Shown one piece after another: positions 37,101 through 50,204 of a stretch of DNA of 64,000 nucleotides. Below the pieces are notes generated by a model. That model was not told the DNA's origin, did not search any database, and saw only the letters and a list, made by a program, of their open reading frames with translations. The first letter of the stretch is position 1, and each line of letters opens with the position of its first letter. Source of the DNA: Vicugna vicugna (lineage: Eukaryota); contig MU058213.1 in NCBI GenBank assembly GCA_013265495.1, positions 4,216,001 through 4,280,000 on the forward strand. Reading direction: 5' to 3'. The position numbers and the translations under genes were made by a program.

Positions 37101-39200
37101 TTACTAATGTGGCACTTGAGAGAAAATTATAGCACTAAAGTTGTATTAGAAAAGAAGAGAGATCTCAAATCAGTGACTTCAACTTATGCCTCAAGAAACT
37201 AAAAAAAAAAATGAGAAAGTTAAGCCCAAACTAAGCAAAAGGAAGGAAATAATAAAGAGTAGAAATCAAAGAAATAAAAACCAGAAAAACCATAGACAAA
37301 ATCAATGAAATTAAAGGCTAGTACTTTGAAAAGATTAACAAAGTTGATAAATCTCTAACCTGATCAGGAAAAACGACAGAAGACACAAATTGCCAATATC
37401 AGGAATGAGAAAGGTGATATCAATATAGATTACACAAATGCCAAATGGATAATAAGGGAATATCATGAATAACTTTAAGCCAACATATTTGACAACTTAA
37501 ATGAAATGGAAAAACCCATGAAGGATACAAACTACCAAATCTCACTCAAGAAGAAGCAGATAACCTAAATATATGAATATCTATTAAATAAATTGAATTT
37601 TTGGTTAAATCCTTCCATTAAAAAAACTCCATATCCAGATGGCTTTATTGGTGAATTCTACCAAGCATTTTTGGAAGAATTAATAGTAATTCTATACAAA
37701 CTCTTCCAAGTTGAAGAAAAGGAAAACTTTTCAACTTATTCTAAGTGCCACCAGACAAAGACATTATGAAAAAAAAAAACTACAAATCAATATCCTTCAT
37801 GAACACAGATGCAAAATTCTATACAAAATTTAGCAAAGTGACTTCAACAATATAGAAGAAGTTGCAAGGTTGTTTTACGATAGAAAATCAGTTGATATAA
37901 TTCACCATATTAACACAGTCTAAAGAGAAAACCATATGATCATTTCAACAGACAGGGATAATGCCTTTGAAAAAAAATCCAACATCCAGTCCTAATTAAA
38001 ACCCTTAGCAAACTAGGAATAAAAGGGAACTTCACTGAACTATAAAGGGCATCTACAAAAAAATCTACAGTTAGCATCATACTTAAAGGTAAAAACAGAA
38101 TGCTTTCCCCTAAGATTGGGAAGAAGACAAGGATGTCTGCTCTCACCATCTCTATTAAACATTTTATTGGGGGGTTTTAGCCAGAGCAATAAGGCAAGAA
38201 AAAGATGGTAATGACATCCAGATTAGAAAGAAAGAATTAAAACTCATTATTTGTATGACATGATTGTCTATGTAGAAAACAGTAAGGAAAAAAGACAGTA
38301 AAACTGGTAAGTGAGTTTGTGATTAGAAAACTTGCAGGATACAAGATTAATATGTAAAAATCAATGGTATGTCTATATACTAGCAATGAATAATTCAAAA
38401 TAAAAATATTAAGATAATAACATTTATAATAGCATCAAAAAACCAAAAAATTTAAGGATGTATCTGACAACAGATATGAGAGACTTGTCCCCTGGAAACT
38501 CCAAAACATTGCTGAGACTAATTAAAGAAAATATGAATAAATAATGATTTATACTTTGTTCACATTTCAGAAGGCTCAATGTTGTGACGATGTTGAATCT
38601 CCCCAATTTGAGTTATAGTCAATGAAATAGCAGTAGGCTTTTTTTTTTTTTGTAGAATCTAAAAGGCTAATTATAAAATTCATATAGATTGCAAAGGACC
38701 TACAATAGTCAAAACAATTTTGGAAAAGAACAGATTTGGAGAGCTAATGCTACCTGGTTTCAACACTTATTATAGCACTACAGCAATCAACAGAATGTGG
38801 TATTGGTGTAAAGATGACAAGAAATTATTGGAACAGAACAGAGTCCAGAAATAGAATCATACATACATATATGAACAAATTATTTTTTATAAGGGGCAAA
38901 GGTAAATCAGTGGAGAAAGCACATTGTTTTCAACAAAAGATGATAAGACGTAGGAGAAAAAAATATTATCATGAATTACAGAGAGTTTCAAAGGGCATGT
39001 CACATTTGATTGATTGGGCTACATAAAAATGTAAAACTTGGGTATTGAAAAGATAATCTAAACATTACAAGATATACAATAGGTCTTTTGAAGAGAAGAT
39101 ATATTTGTAAGATAAACCAACCACGAGTTCCTGCAAATTAATAAGTAAAAGACAAACAATAGGCAATTCGAAGAAAAATAAATATGAATAGTCAATAAAC
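34180..39200 (+). mobile_element. About 5-kb old L1M (ORF1 plus ORF2, degenerate)
   Basis: ORF 36335-36625 (SKIDFRAKNVTRD..IMIKGS) is endonuclease-like; CCAGATGGCTTTATTGGTGAATTCTACCAA is the PDGFT.EFYQ motif. Confidence 0.9.
34860..35548 (+). mobile_element. Young 5'-truncated L1 nested in the older L1
   Basis: ORF 34919-35179 (PMFIAALFTIAKTWKQPK); A-rich tail. Confidence 0.92.
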
Positions 39201-39217
39201 CAGTAAGTTGCTCAACA

Positions 39218-40258
39218 GAAGGGTCTTAGTTTGATATAACCCTACTGGTTTATTTTCGCTTTTGTTGCTTGTGCTTTGGGTATCATATCCATATAATCAC
39301 TGCCAAGACTTACGTCAAGGAGCTTCTCTGTTTTCTTCTAGGAGTTTTATGGTTTCAAGTCTTGAAACGATTTCAAGTAATTTTTTGTGAGTAGTGTAAG
39401 ACAGAGGTCCATTTACATTCTTTTGCATGTGAATATCCAGTTTTCCCAGCACTTCTTCTGAGAAGACTATCTTTTCTCCATTGGGTATTCTTAACTTCTT
39501 TGTTAAATATTAGTTGACCATATATGCATGGGTTTATTTCTGGGCTATTGATTCTGTTCCATTGGTTTACCTGTTAGCTTTTATGCCAGTATCATACTGC
39601 TTTGATTACTATATCTTTGTAGTATATTTTGAAATTACAATGTGTGAGGCTTCCAGCTTTGTTCTTAGGTTTGCTTTGGATCTTCAGGGTCTTTTGTGGT
39701 TCCATATGAATTTTGGAATATTGTTCAGCCGTAAAAAGAAGAAAAGTCTGTCATTTACAACAACATGGATGAACCTTGAGGACATTATGCTAAGTGAAAT
39801 AAGTCAGAGAGAAAAAGACAAATACTGTATGATCTCACTTATGTGGAATCTAAAAAAGTAAATGAACATAAGCCGAAAATGGATTAGCAACTGCCAGGGG
39901 TGAGGTGGAGCTGAGGTCGGGGGTGGGATAGGGAGTAGGGGAAATGGGTGAAGGTGGTCAAAGGGTGCAAATTTCCAGTTACAAGATAAATAAGTTCTGG
40001 GATATAATGTACAGCATGCTGACTATAGTTAACAATACGATATTTTGTATTTGAAAGCTGCTAAAAGTATATTTTTAAAGTTCTCACCACAAAACAAATT
40101 GTAATTATGTGAGGTGATGGATGTGTTTATCACCTTTATTGTGGTAATCATTTTGCAATATAATGTATAAAATCACTACACTGTACATTTTAAACTTACA
40201 CAAATTATATATGTCAATTATATCTCAATAAAGCTTAGAAAAAATAAAATAACTAAAG
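39218..40258. mobile_element. 5'-inverted L1 (minus-strand ORF2 piece ~39220-39714 joined to a plus-strand 3' end ~39714-40258)
   Basis: Orientation switch near 39714; TSD AAGTTG(C/T)TCAACA at 39205-39217 and 40259-40271. Confidence 0.85.
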
Positions 40259-40283
40259 AAGTTGTTCAACATCATTAACGATT

Positions 40284-40546
40284 TTTTAAAATTTTTTTTT
40301 ATTGAGTTATAGTCAGTTTACAATGTGTCAACTTTCAGTGTAGAGCACAATTTTTCAGTTATACATGAACATACATATATTCATTGCCACATTCTTTTTT
40401 GCTGTGAGCTACCACAAGATCTTGTATATATTTCCCTGTACTATACAGTATAGTCTTATTTATCTAGTCTACATATGCCTGTCAGTATCTACAAATTTCA
40501 AACTCCCAGTTTGTCCCTTCCCACCTCCCCCCACCTTGGCAACCAT
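40284..40546 (-). mobile_element. Short young L1 3'UTR fragment
   Basis: Matches the 3'UTR of 34860-35548; near-perfect TSD AACATCATTAA(C/T)GATT at ~40268 and ~40547. Confidence 0.9.
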
Positions 40547-43002
40547 AACATCATTAATGATTAAAGAAACAAATTATTTTCCAACAGCCTTATCATTGAT
40601 CCTATAAAAGGTTGACAATAGTCCCCCAAATCCAGGCTAGTTCTCCAGTGTGCTCTTAGAAATGGGGTGTCCCTTCTGTAGGCACAGAAAGGTAACTGAA
40701 ACATGATAAAAACTTATTCTGTTTATATCTGTCTCCATGACCTTGAGAAAAACATACTAGGTTTCCATGATCAATTCTGGGCAACAAAAGAGGTAAACAA
40801 GATACTCCCTCAGTCCTTGCCAACTCTAACATACCTTTTCAAATTGGCTAAAAGGCATATTTTCTCTTAACTCCAAGGAAGATGACTCATCTTTCTGCAG
40901 TGGCCATACAGTAACAAATGCTGCACCATGGACCTTTTATTAGCTATTTAATTTAATCTCTACCACAACACTGCAAGCTTTTTATAGATGAGAAAATAGA
41001 AGTTCAGAGAACATAAGCAATGATAGACTCCAGTATTCATGACTTCTTTCCCACTGCATTGTAAAGAATCAGTGAATTTTTCTCTAGTTCTTTGCAAATC
41101 AAAGTATGAAAAAGGCTCTGAAGGACACCCAGTTGGTTAAAGTTACAATTAGTAGAAGAATTAGTTTCACACAAAATACTGAAAACAATTTTAACATTGC
41201 ATATTCCTATGATAGGCCTTGATATTTATGACATTATGTGTTACAATTTTAAAGTGAGAAGAACTCTCGTCTTGGAGATAGGAAGATTTGATCTCAAATC
41301 CCAGCCCTGCTACCTACCAGTGATATAATCTTGATCAAGAACCTGATCCTCTATGCTAAACTCTGAGTTCACAGTGTTCCCACTGTATCCTGTCCACAAT
41401 TCTATGACTATATTAGCCATCAGTTGACTTGTTTTGGAGTCAGTTGTTCATGTGACAGTCTTTTCAATCAATATATTGCTAGCTGCTGGAAGACAATCAC
41501 TTGGTGTCGCTGATGGCACCCCAGAAAGTTACCTGTATGTAAGAGTTTACCATACATACTTATTAGATGAATAGCTTATTATAAACATAACCAAGAAAGA
41601 CAGGAAATACTAAAAGTTGGCAAAAAAATAGGGAAGCAATCTGGTCAGGAGAACAATTTGTCAGTGATTACTAAAAGGCGTGATGCAAAGAATAAGACCC
41701 AAATATCCCCCCACACTCTTCCACACCCTACTCCAGGCCTCCTCCACCTATATCTTCATCCCCTGACTTTCCTTCAATTCTTTAAATTGAGAGAAAACTA
41801 CTAAAGACCAGGGGCCATGTTTTATTCACCTCTGAATTCTCAGAAATAGACAGTATAGTGCCCTATAGATGACTGTTGAAGTGAAATCAATGGTAATTTT
41901 GAGAAGGAAGAGATCATTGCATGCAGAATATTCATCTCAAGAGTTAAGGTTATAGTTTTAATTTATTTTCAGTTAAGATTTCTCTATAAGTAGGGAAATT
42001 CTATCCCAAAGACTGAATAAAGCACATCATAAAACATAGTTCAGTCCATCTGAGTGATGTTTCAATTTTAGCACAGAATGTGTTGAACTTTAGTGTCCTA
42101 TATGCAGACATTTTAATGCAAATACATCAAACTTCAATTATTCAAGGGTGAGTTATCACATTTGTAGATTAGTTAGGCTTTTTGCTTCTTCTGCTCCCTC
42201 TAGCTACATAGACCTTTGGGTGTCTTCCCCTTCTTTCCTTGTACATGAATGGCAGTGAGATTAACTCATTATGAATGAAGGAAATATCTGTGATGCTTAA
42301 ACGGTGGTAAGGAGTGCACAGAAATCCATTGCCACATGTATGTAATTCTATTACTAGTCATAAATTGCACTGAAATAAAACGGCCACAGTATTCAAAATT
42401 CAAAGGATATTTCTTGAAGTAGTTCATCAGAGAACAATTTTTCCTCATAGCAACCAAAGAAATGACTAAATTAAAAATTTTATTTACAATAATAAAAAAT
42501 GTTATATTGATTCAAACCACGGGCAGTGTCTACAGACACACGACAGAGAGTGGATGTTGACATCACTGAAAGATTTGGTGAGTCAGGCTTATCCCAGCTT
42601 GCCCACGTCCTTCATTTAGTCGTAGGAAATGCACTGTGGTCAATTAATTTAATGTTTTGGTTCTAGTTAAATACTTTGCTGTGATCCAGCTGTAGTCATC
42701 TCAGGAAAGTTAGGAAAAAAATAATCCTGTCTATAAATTGTGAGCTTTTTTAATCCTAGTAAATATAATTTATTCTTTATATTCTCACTTATGTTCTCCT
42801 ATCGCTATTAATACTTCACGTAGGTATGAATATAATCTCCTATGCACTCAAACACATACAACACCCATTTGCATGTCAAAACCTTTGGAAAGAAGAAAAA
42901 AAGACTTCTGTAGGGGAATGAATGTGTAAAGCTTTAATTTGTTTATCTAGTGAATATACATACTTACATATATATGAAGAAGAACACAATAAAAAAAGTG
43001 AG

Positions 43003-43150
43003 GAAGGTGGGGGAGGGTATAGTTCAGAGGTAGAGTGAATGCTTAGCACGCACAGGGTCCTGGGTTCAATCCCCAGGACCTCCATTAATTAATTAATAAG
43101 CAAACAAACAAACAAATAAATAAAACTACTTACCTCCCCTCCCTCCCAAA
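43003..43150 (+). mobile_element. Camelid tRNA-derived SINE (vic-1-like)
   Basis: GGGTATAGTTCAGAGGTAGAGTGAATGCTTAGCACGCACAGGGTCCTGGGTTCAATCCCC; TSD AAAAAAAGTGAG on both sides. Confidence 0.92.
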
Positions 43151-43509
43151 AAAAGTGAGAAAAAGAGAAAAGTTAAAGTGACTGAATGGTGGGCTTCAGA
43201 GCTACCATGTGTGGCTGCACGGATTGTCAAGTGCACAGTTTCAGGGACAGCAGTTGCTCTGACTACAGGGTAGATGTCGCCTCCTGGAGTTGTGCAATAC
43301 GGCAGTCTTTGGAGACTTTTCTTTTCCTTGGGATTCAACCATTTTGGTTTATAAAAAGAACTAGACTGTAACTACAGCTCCAGATCACACTTCTTAATCT
43401 CCTAGAATGGTTGGAAATAACTTGTTCCCTTATAAGGAGAGAGGGGAAGAAGAAAGAAAGTAGAAAGAAGAGAAAAAAGTACCTATATAGAGGTAAGAGT
43501 GAAAAAATA

Positions 43510-43720
43510 ACAATAGCTAAAATTTTTTGAACATTTACTATGTGCTAGGTATGGTTCATAGCACTTTGTAAACATTAACTCTTTTAATCCTCCCAGCTAT
43601 TGTAGGAGTAGGTACTATTACTCTCCACATTTCACAGAGAAGGGAATTGAGGCCGGGAGATGTTAAATTACCAGTCCAACACCACACAGTAGTAAGTGGG
43701 AAGATGTGAGGTGGGACAGT
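43510..43720. mobile_element. MIR
   Basis: ACATTTACTATGTGCTAGG...GTAGGTACTATTACTCTCCACATTTCACAGAGAAGGGAATTGAGGC. Confidence 0.8.
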
Positions 43721-45089
43721 TAGAGCTGACCGGCTCCTTTGCTTTGCAAAATTGTGACTATCAGTTGAAGATGGAGTGGAGGCTCTTCTCATTTAAATCT
43801 TTATTTGTCCTTGCTAAAATAAATATTTTTATGGGGAAAAGCAGTCCTTTATGAAGACCCTCTGTCTTCAATCATAAAATCAGATTCAAGAATAAAGAAA
43901 AAATAAGACCCAAATATAATTCTGACAAAATAACAAAAATTCTCCCAAATAAGCCCCAAAATTGAAATTAAAATGTCTAGGATTACACTTACAGTTAGCA
44001 CAAATACCAGAGGAATAAACAATAATTCTTAATTGATCAGCTAACACTTTGTGGAAACTTCTGGTTTTTAGAATGAGTAAATGGACATGTTAGGAGGAGA
44101 TGGGTAAACATCACAGAAGCACTGATTTTTTTTTGTAAAGGAACAGTCTAGTATAGAGAAGCAGTCACAAGAGCCTCTACAACCAAAGGAAATGGGAGTT
44201 GGGAGTGGGGCAGAGTTACTAATACACAGCACAGGAGGCCCGAAGTATTTCTAAAGTGAATCCTTAGCATTTGTATATCTAATTGATTCCTTGTTTCATA
44301 ACTTCTGAATATTCAAATTTCTGCACATCCAGTTTATCATACAGAGTCATATTCTTGTTGAAACTACTTCAACTTTATATGAAATTGTAATTTGAAAACC
44401 CAACTTAATGAAATTATGACTTCAAAAGTAATAAGAAATTGCAACAATTTGTGTATTTGCTCCTGCTGTCCCATCCCAGTGTGCTAGGTTAAAATACACT
44501 ATTTGAGCAATTAAAATATTTAGAGCTACAAAGGAAAATTTTATAGGTAAAGATAAAGTAGTATTTGCAATATGACCACTATTAAAGATCTGGCCTGCAG
44601 ACTGCTAGCAAATAGTCTATTCTCCAGCTTGTCAAAACAACGCATTTTCCAATCATGTTCAGAGCTTACAGAAGTCCTCCTTTATACCAGAATGTCAGGA
44701 ATTGGAGAGACAAAAATATTTTGAAAATGATCTGCAATGTACATTGTTTTGTCAAAACCTAATCAAATGGGGGCAACTTATCAAAGTCAAGAAATGTTTC
44801 TTGGCTACAAGGGGTAGGATGCAGGCCTGGCCACCCACTCAGGGTGGACTTTAAAGTACACTGGTCATTTGTCTCAAGTTGAAGAACAATTGCCAAATAT
44901 TTTATCCCAATTTGTCAACCCTGCTCTATTCCAGTGAAATCCATCAGTCCAAGGCCAGTCGCACTGTTTATTCTCTACAGAACAATAAGCTTAACCTAGT
45001 AAGTTTATTTGTTTAAGTCATATGGTGAATTCTTTTAAATTATGCTTTGTTTCTAAAACTGCTTGCATTTTGCATTCATGTAAGCTTTT

Positions 45090-45215
45090 GCTGCAGCTGC
45101 TTGAGAAGAAAAGGAAAAAAGCCTCTCGTGGAGCTGTGAGAAGAGAATATATTTTTAAACTTTCCTTTCTTTCCCTAAAATTAGCACCTGGCATATGGAG
45201 TATTCAGCAGGTGGC
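45090..45215. promoter_or_regulatory. Candidate enhancer: MEF2 site plus four E-boxes
   Basis: CTAAAATTAG 45175-45184; CAGCTG 45094, CACCTG 45185, CATATG 45192, CAGGTG 45208, in unique sequence. Confidence 0.35.
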
Positions 45216-45246
45216 TCAGCAGGGACAGGCTTACTGTTTTTCATAC

Positions 45247-45277
45247 CTGCCACTGAGATATTTGACATTTTCACTAG
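45247..45277 (-). ncRNA. Candidate micro-exon (31 nt)
   Basis: Acceptor TCTTGTTCCTTAG| and donor CAG|GTATGA. Confidence 0.3.
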
Positions 45278-46580
45278 CTAAGGAACAAGATTTTTGAGGC
45301 CATCATTGTGTGTGTGTGTGTGTGTGTGTACATGCATGTGCGGTGGGCATGCTGAGTTATGTCTCAGAAGTCTCTTAGAGGAGAGTACAAGAAACAGAAA
45401 CTACTAACAAAGTAAGAAAAGAAAGAAAAATTAAATACTAGAGAGGGGAGTATGTTTGCCTGTGTTCCATACTATTAAAGTTGAATAACTAATTCAAATC
45501 CCACTAGTGTTAGAGAATAGGAAAGTACTTCATGACCTAAAGAATTCCAGGAATTACACTTTATAATATAATAGGAATAGTCTTTGAATATTATTTGAAG
45601 ACCCCAATTTAAAGTTCACTGAGATAACTCCCCCCAAGTTGTATGAAAAGCAACCACTCAATTAGCATTCCACAAACATTTATAAACAATAGTGTGCATC
45701 ATGCACTATTTTAGGCAATGGAGCTTTAAAGAAAAAAGTGGAGTTTTGAATTTGAAAGAAATTTAGGAAGCATAATAAACTAACCTTGCATATGGGCAGT
45801 GAGAGAGACAGAAGAGTCTAGATTTCTGGCTTGATGACCAGGTGAATGGTAGAATCACTATGATGTCTGATAAAGACCACTAATTATCTAGTATCCATTC
45901 TACCAATTTTGTCTAGTAAGACATAATGACTTAAAACATAAGCAGACATCTATGCAAGTAGCATCCATGAAAATTCTCTTTAGGGAAGGTACTTAGGTAC
46001 ACTGACTTAGCAGGGTGGCAGCACTTTTTCTTTACCTTCCTTCTTCCTGCCAGAAATGTGATGGTGGGAGTACCAACAGCCAGTTTGTGACCTATGAGGT
46101 AACCTGAAGATAGAAACTTTGTAGTAAGGATTGTAAAAGAAAAAAAAAGGATTCTTGATAATTGGTGAGTCAGCATTTTAGCCCTCAGCTGACTAATTCT
46201 GGAGTTTTATTTTGATAGAAAAATAAATCTTAATCTTATTTAAGATACTATTATTTCAAGTCTCTGTTATTAGCCATTGAAACTGATCCTGACTGAGTCC
46301 CTATTACAGAGAATAAAGTTGGTTGGGGCTTTTGGGTAGGTGTCAGGTTTATGAGGAAGTTCAACTTTGGATGCATTGTCTGTGAGGTGCTGGTGGAACA
46401 CCCAGAAGTCACTTGGAAATACAAGATAGAAATATAGATTAATCCAAGAGAGCGGCTAACATCTATAGCTTATCATTTCCAGTCAGTGGTTCTTAATTCT
46501 CTTCAGATCATGACTATGGAAAGAACATTCTATTTTTCATTTCTGAGCATTTAATTTGCACTCTACCTTGAATGAAATAA

Positions 46581-47629
46581 AGGCAATCTTTATTTTGCAT
46601 GACAGTACAGAACTATAAAATGAGTATGCAAGCTGAAACTATACAAAGTGATTTGAATAATCAATGAGAAAATTACGATTGTTTCATGACCTTTAAATTG
46701 TTATCAAAACGTTAAAACTCTTACCAGTTGCACATATATAGAGAACAGGAAAAAATAGTAAAGCTATTGTTTACTCAGTATTTTGGAATTTAAGGCACTA
46801 GAACCATTGAGAATTAAAGTTTTATTTGTCAAAAATGTATCAAGAGTAGTTTGAACACTGCTTGCCTTCTTGTTGATATTACATGGGGAGCAAGGATCTC
46901 TCCTATGCCCTAGTAAATTGTTACACTCCTTCCTAAGACTGGATCAACTTTCAACATTTTATCCTTTGCACATTCATATTGGGAAATGGTTCCCAAAGTA
47001 CCTTTAATGTGGAGGGTTTTTGGCTTGTATTACTTCTGGAACATCTTCATCCTTTTTGTCACAACCACTTTCCTTTTTTATGTTGATAAGTTTGCCTTCA
47101 CTGAGTTCCGCTGGCAGCGTATCTAGAGCCTCTCAAATGCTGAGTGTCAACATTCCCACTGTCAGCTATCTATTCTATAATTCTATTTATGTTTGATACA
47201 AATTTCACTTCCAGCAATGTCACTATGGGTTATTTGCTGTACAGTCATCTCTTTTCACCAATTCTCTCTTCTGATTATCCATTTTTGTAAAATGTCACGT
47301 GGATTTATTACTGGGCAACAGGATGGTAATACAACTACATACTTTTGCTCTCTCTATATGTGAACTGAATAACAGATGCAGAGTGACCAATCACTGACAG
47401 ACTGAAACAAGTGACATGATTGGTCACCAATCAGTGTATCTGTTATTTACATGGTGATTTGTGGACTGAAGAGCTAGCAACAAACTTTGTATTTGATGCA
47501 ATGACTGAACTGAAATGAACTGTGGTAACTGAAATGTGAACGGTGATGGTGGCGGACTGGGTTATTTAACTAAACCATGGTAACCAGACATTGTGCATGT
47601 CAGAACTATGCAAAGTGAGGCCTGTCTGT
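46581..47629. mobile_element. Tigger (TcMar) DNA transposon, Tigger13-like
   Basis: Right end reads CAGACAGGCCTCACTTTGCATAGTTCTGACATGCAC on the minus strand; degenerate inverted counterpart at the left end. Confidence 0.65.
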
Positions 47630-47719
47630 CTACGATCCAGTTCAGCGCTGGTGAGTAAAATCTAGATGTGTCCATGCAACAGTCCTTCTCTTCTTTTCAT
47701 ACCTCCTCCTTCTACTCAC

Positions 47720-47801
47720 GTTTTAGCCATTTCATTCCCATTAGTATTACTTCCAGAGAGTGATAAGGGAAATTTGCAGTGCATCCTAAATCAGTTTTAT
47801 A
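47720..47801 (-). promoter_or_regulatory. Candidate alternative first exon with a TATA box
   Basis: TATAAAA (minus, 47801-47795), CACCC upstream, donor AAC|GTGAGT after 47720. Confidence 0.25.
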
Positions 47802-49218
47802 ATGGGTAGTTTTGGTTTAATATATTGACTAAAATGGGGTGGGGCAGGGAAGAGGGTTTAAATGTTTCTCAATCATATATTTCCTATCCTGTCTTGTATC
47901 CTGTAACCATGAACTGCTGAATTAGCATGGCTGTAAAAAGATTTTGTCATAAAGGACTTTTATTATAACAAATTCTGTGTCATTTGACACTTTTACTAAT
48001 CAGAACAATCTTTTTATTCATTCATTCAGTAAATATGTGCTAAGCACTGTACCATATATCAGTAAATAAAAGAGGCAATAATCCTTGACTCTGTGGTGCT
48101 TACATTTTAGGTGGTAGTTGTAAGGGGTTGGAGCATGAGACAGTAATAAAGCCTCTTACAGTGTTACAATGCTGTCAAGTTATGACGAGGTTATACATGG
48201 AAAAATACAGATATTTAAGTGCAACTCTAAAACAAGGATAACAACCTTAACCAGATGATCAAAATTAATACCATTAATACAGTGATATTCTGGACATAAT
48301 GTACAACACCCTAAGAAAGACAAAAATATCATTATGTAATATTCTGGCCAGATATGTGTAATTTGAATCTAAACATGAGGAAACATCAGACAAATCCCGA
48401 GTAATGAATATTCTATACTAAAGGAAGTATTTTCCAAAAATGTCAATGTCATAAATGCTGATTTTTTTTATTTCAATTTTAGGGCTTTTTATTGCCAAGA
48501 TTTCTTAGTTTTACCAAAGGCTAATTATTCACATTTCTGTATCTGCAACAAGTTTTGGCTCTTAATTTGTTTATAAAATATCTTGTTAAGCATTCATTTT
48601 GATACTGTTTTGAGTACTTTCTTAGCTTAGATTGTCTAGAAAACAGACCCTGAACAAATTTGAGGACTAGCACATTATTGGATGGTTTGTAATCTGAGGA
48701 CATTGAGAGTGAGGAAATAAGCAAATGAGGCAGAAAAGGAGGGAAAATGAAGTTAAGGGTGCGTTACTGAGCTGGTCACTGTTTCACAAAGAGGTGCAGT
48801 GAGGAAATCTCTAAGAAAGCCATACATAGAAAAGAGAGATTTGAGGCAAAGTTTAATTATTTTAATGCTTTATTTATTTTATACCACATTCGATCATTCA
48901 GTCCTTTACTGAGCACGTGCTGGCTCCCTATCAGAATACTACTGAGAGTTTATCCCTAAATCACCTACTTCACAACCTAATGGATATCTCTGCATTTCAT
49001 GTTGAGTTTTTCTGCAGAGCAATCTTTTTAAACTCAAATGATTTTCCACCTTCCTCTTTACTGAGAAGCCAGTGGGCAGTTGAAGTTCCATTTCTATATA
49101 GGAGAAGCTTAATGACTGAAAGAAGGTCTTAGAGCTCATGATCTACATAGAATGAAAACAAATTTCTTGACTTCTCCTGAGTTAAGCCTTTATGATACTT
49201 ACTTTGAAAACTGCTATA

Positions 49219-50204
49219 AATATTTTTTTAAAAAAAACCAATCTAGTGAATATAAGAAAAAAGAAAGACTCACAGGTATAGAGAACAAACTAGTAGTTTC
49301 CAATTAGGAGGGGGAAGGGGATAGGGAAAGGGGCTTAAGAGGTACAGACTATTGTGTATAAAGTCAACAAGCTACAAGGATATACTGTACAACACATGCA
49401 ATACAGCCAATATTTTATAACAACTATAAATGGAGTATAACAATATAGTGTCACTATATTGTACACCTCAAACTTATGTAATATTTTAACTATACTGCAA
49501 TAATAATTAATTAATTTTTGTTAAAGATGGTGCAGCCATTATGGAAAATAGTATGGAGATTCCTTAAAAAACTAAAAATAGATTTACCATATGATCCAGC
49601 AATCCCACTCCTAGGCATATATCTGGAGGGAACTCTAATTTGAAAAGATACATGTACCTCAATGTTCACAGCAGCACTATTTACAACAGCCAAGACAAGG
49701 AAACAACCTAAATGTCCATTGACAGAGGACTGGGTATATTTATAAAATGGAATACTACTCAGCCATAAAAATAGTAAAATAATACATTTGCAGCAACATG
49801 GATGGACCTAGAGATTGTCATTCTAAGTGAAGTAAGCCAGAAAGAGAAAGAAAAATACCATATGATATCATTCATATGTGGAACCTAAAAACAGACACAA
49901 ATGATTTATTTACAAAACAAAAGCAGATTCACAGACATAGAAAACAAACTTATGATTACCAGTGGGGAAAGGAATAAAATAGGAGTTTAAGACTTGTAGA
50001 TACTAACAACTATATATAAAATAGATAAACAAGTTTCTACTGTATAGAACAGGGAACTATAGTATCTTATAGTAACCTATAATGAAAAAGAATATGAAAA
50101 CGAATATATGTATATATATGTATGACTGAAACATTATGCTGTACACCAGAAATTGACACAGTGTTGTAAACAGACTATACTTCAATAAAGAGGAAAAAGA
50201 AAAA
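49219..50204 (+). mobile_element. Two tandem L1 3' ends (older ~49240-49510, younger ~49525-50200) within one TSD pair
   Basis: GAAAACTGCTATA at 49206-49218 and 50205-50217. Confidence 0.85.

Noticed and set aside
42000..42800. Unique AT-rich stretch examined for miRNA, snoRNA or a terminal exon
   Set aside because: No recognisable mature miRNA, convincing C/D or H/ACA layout, or paired splice signals
43556..43792. ORF starting MRRAST, resembling the phospholamban PKA motif
   Set aside because: No transmembrane segment and most of the ORF lies in a MIR; coincidental
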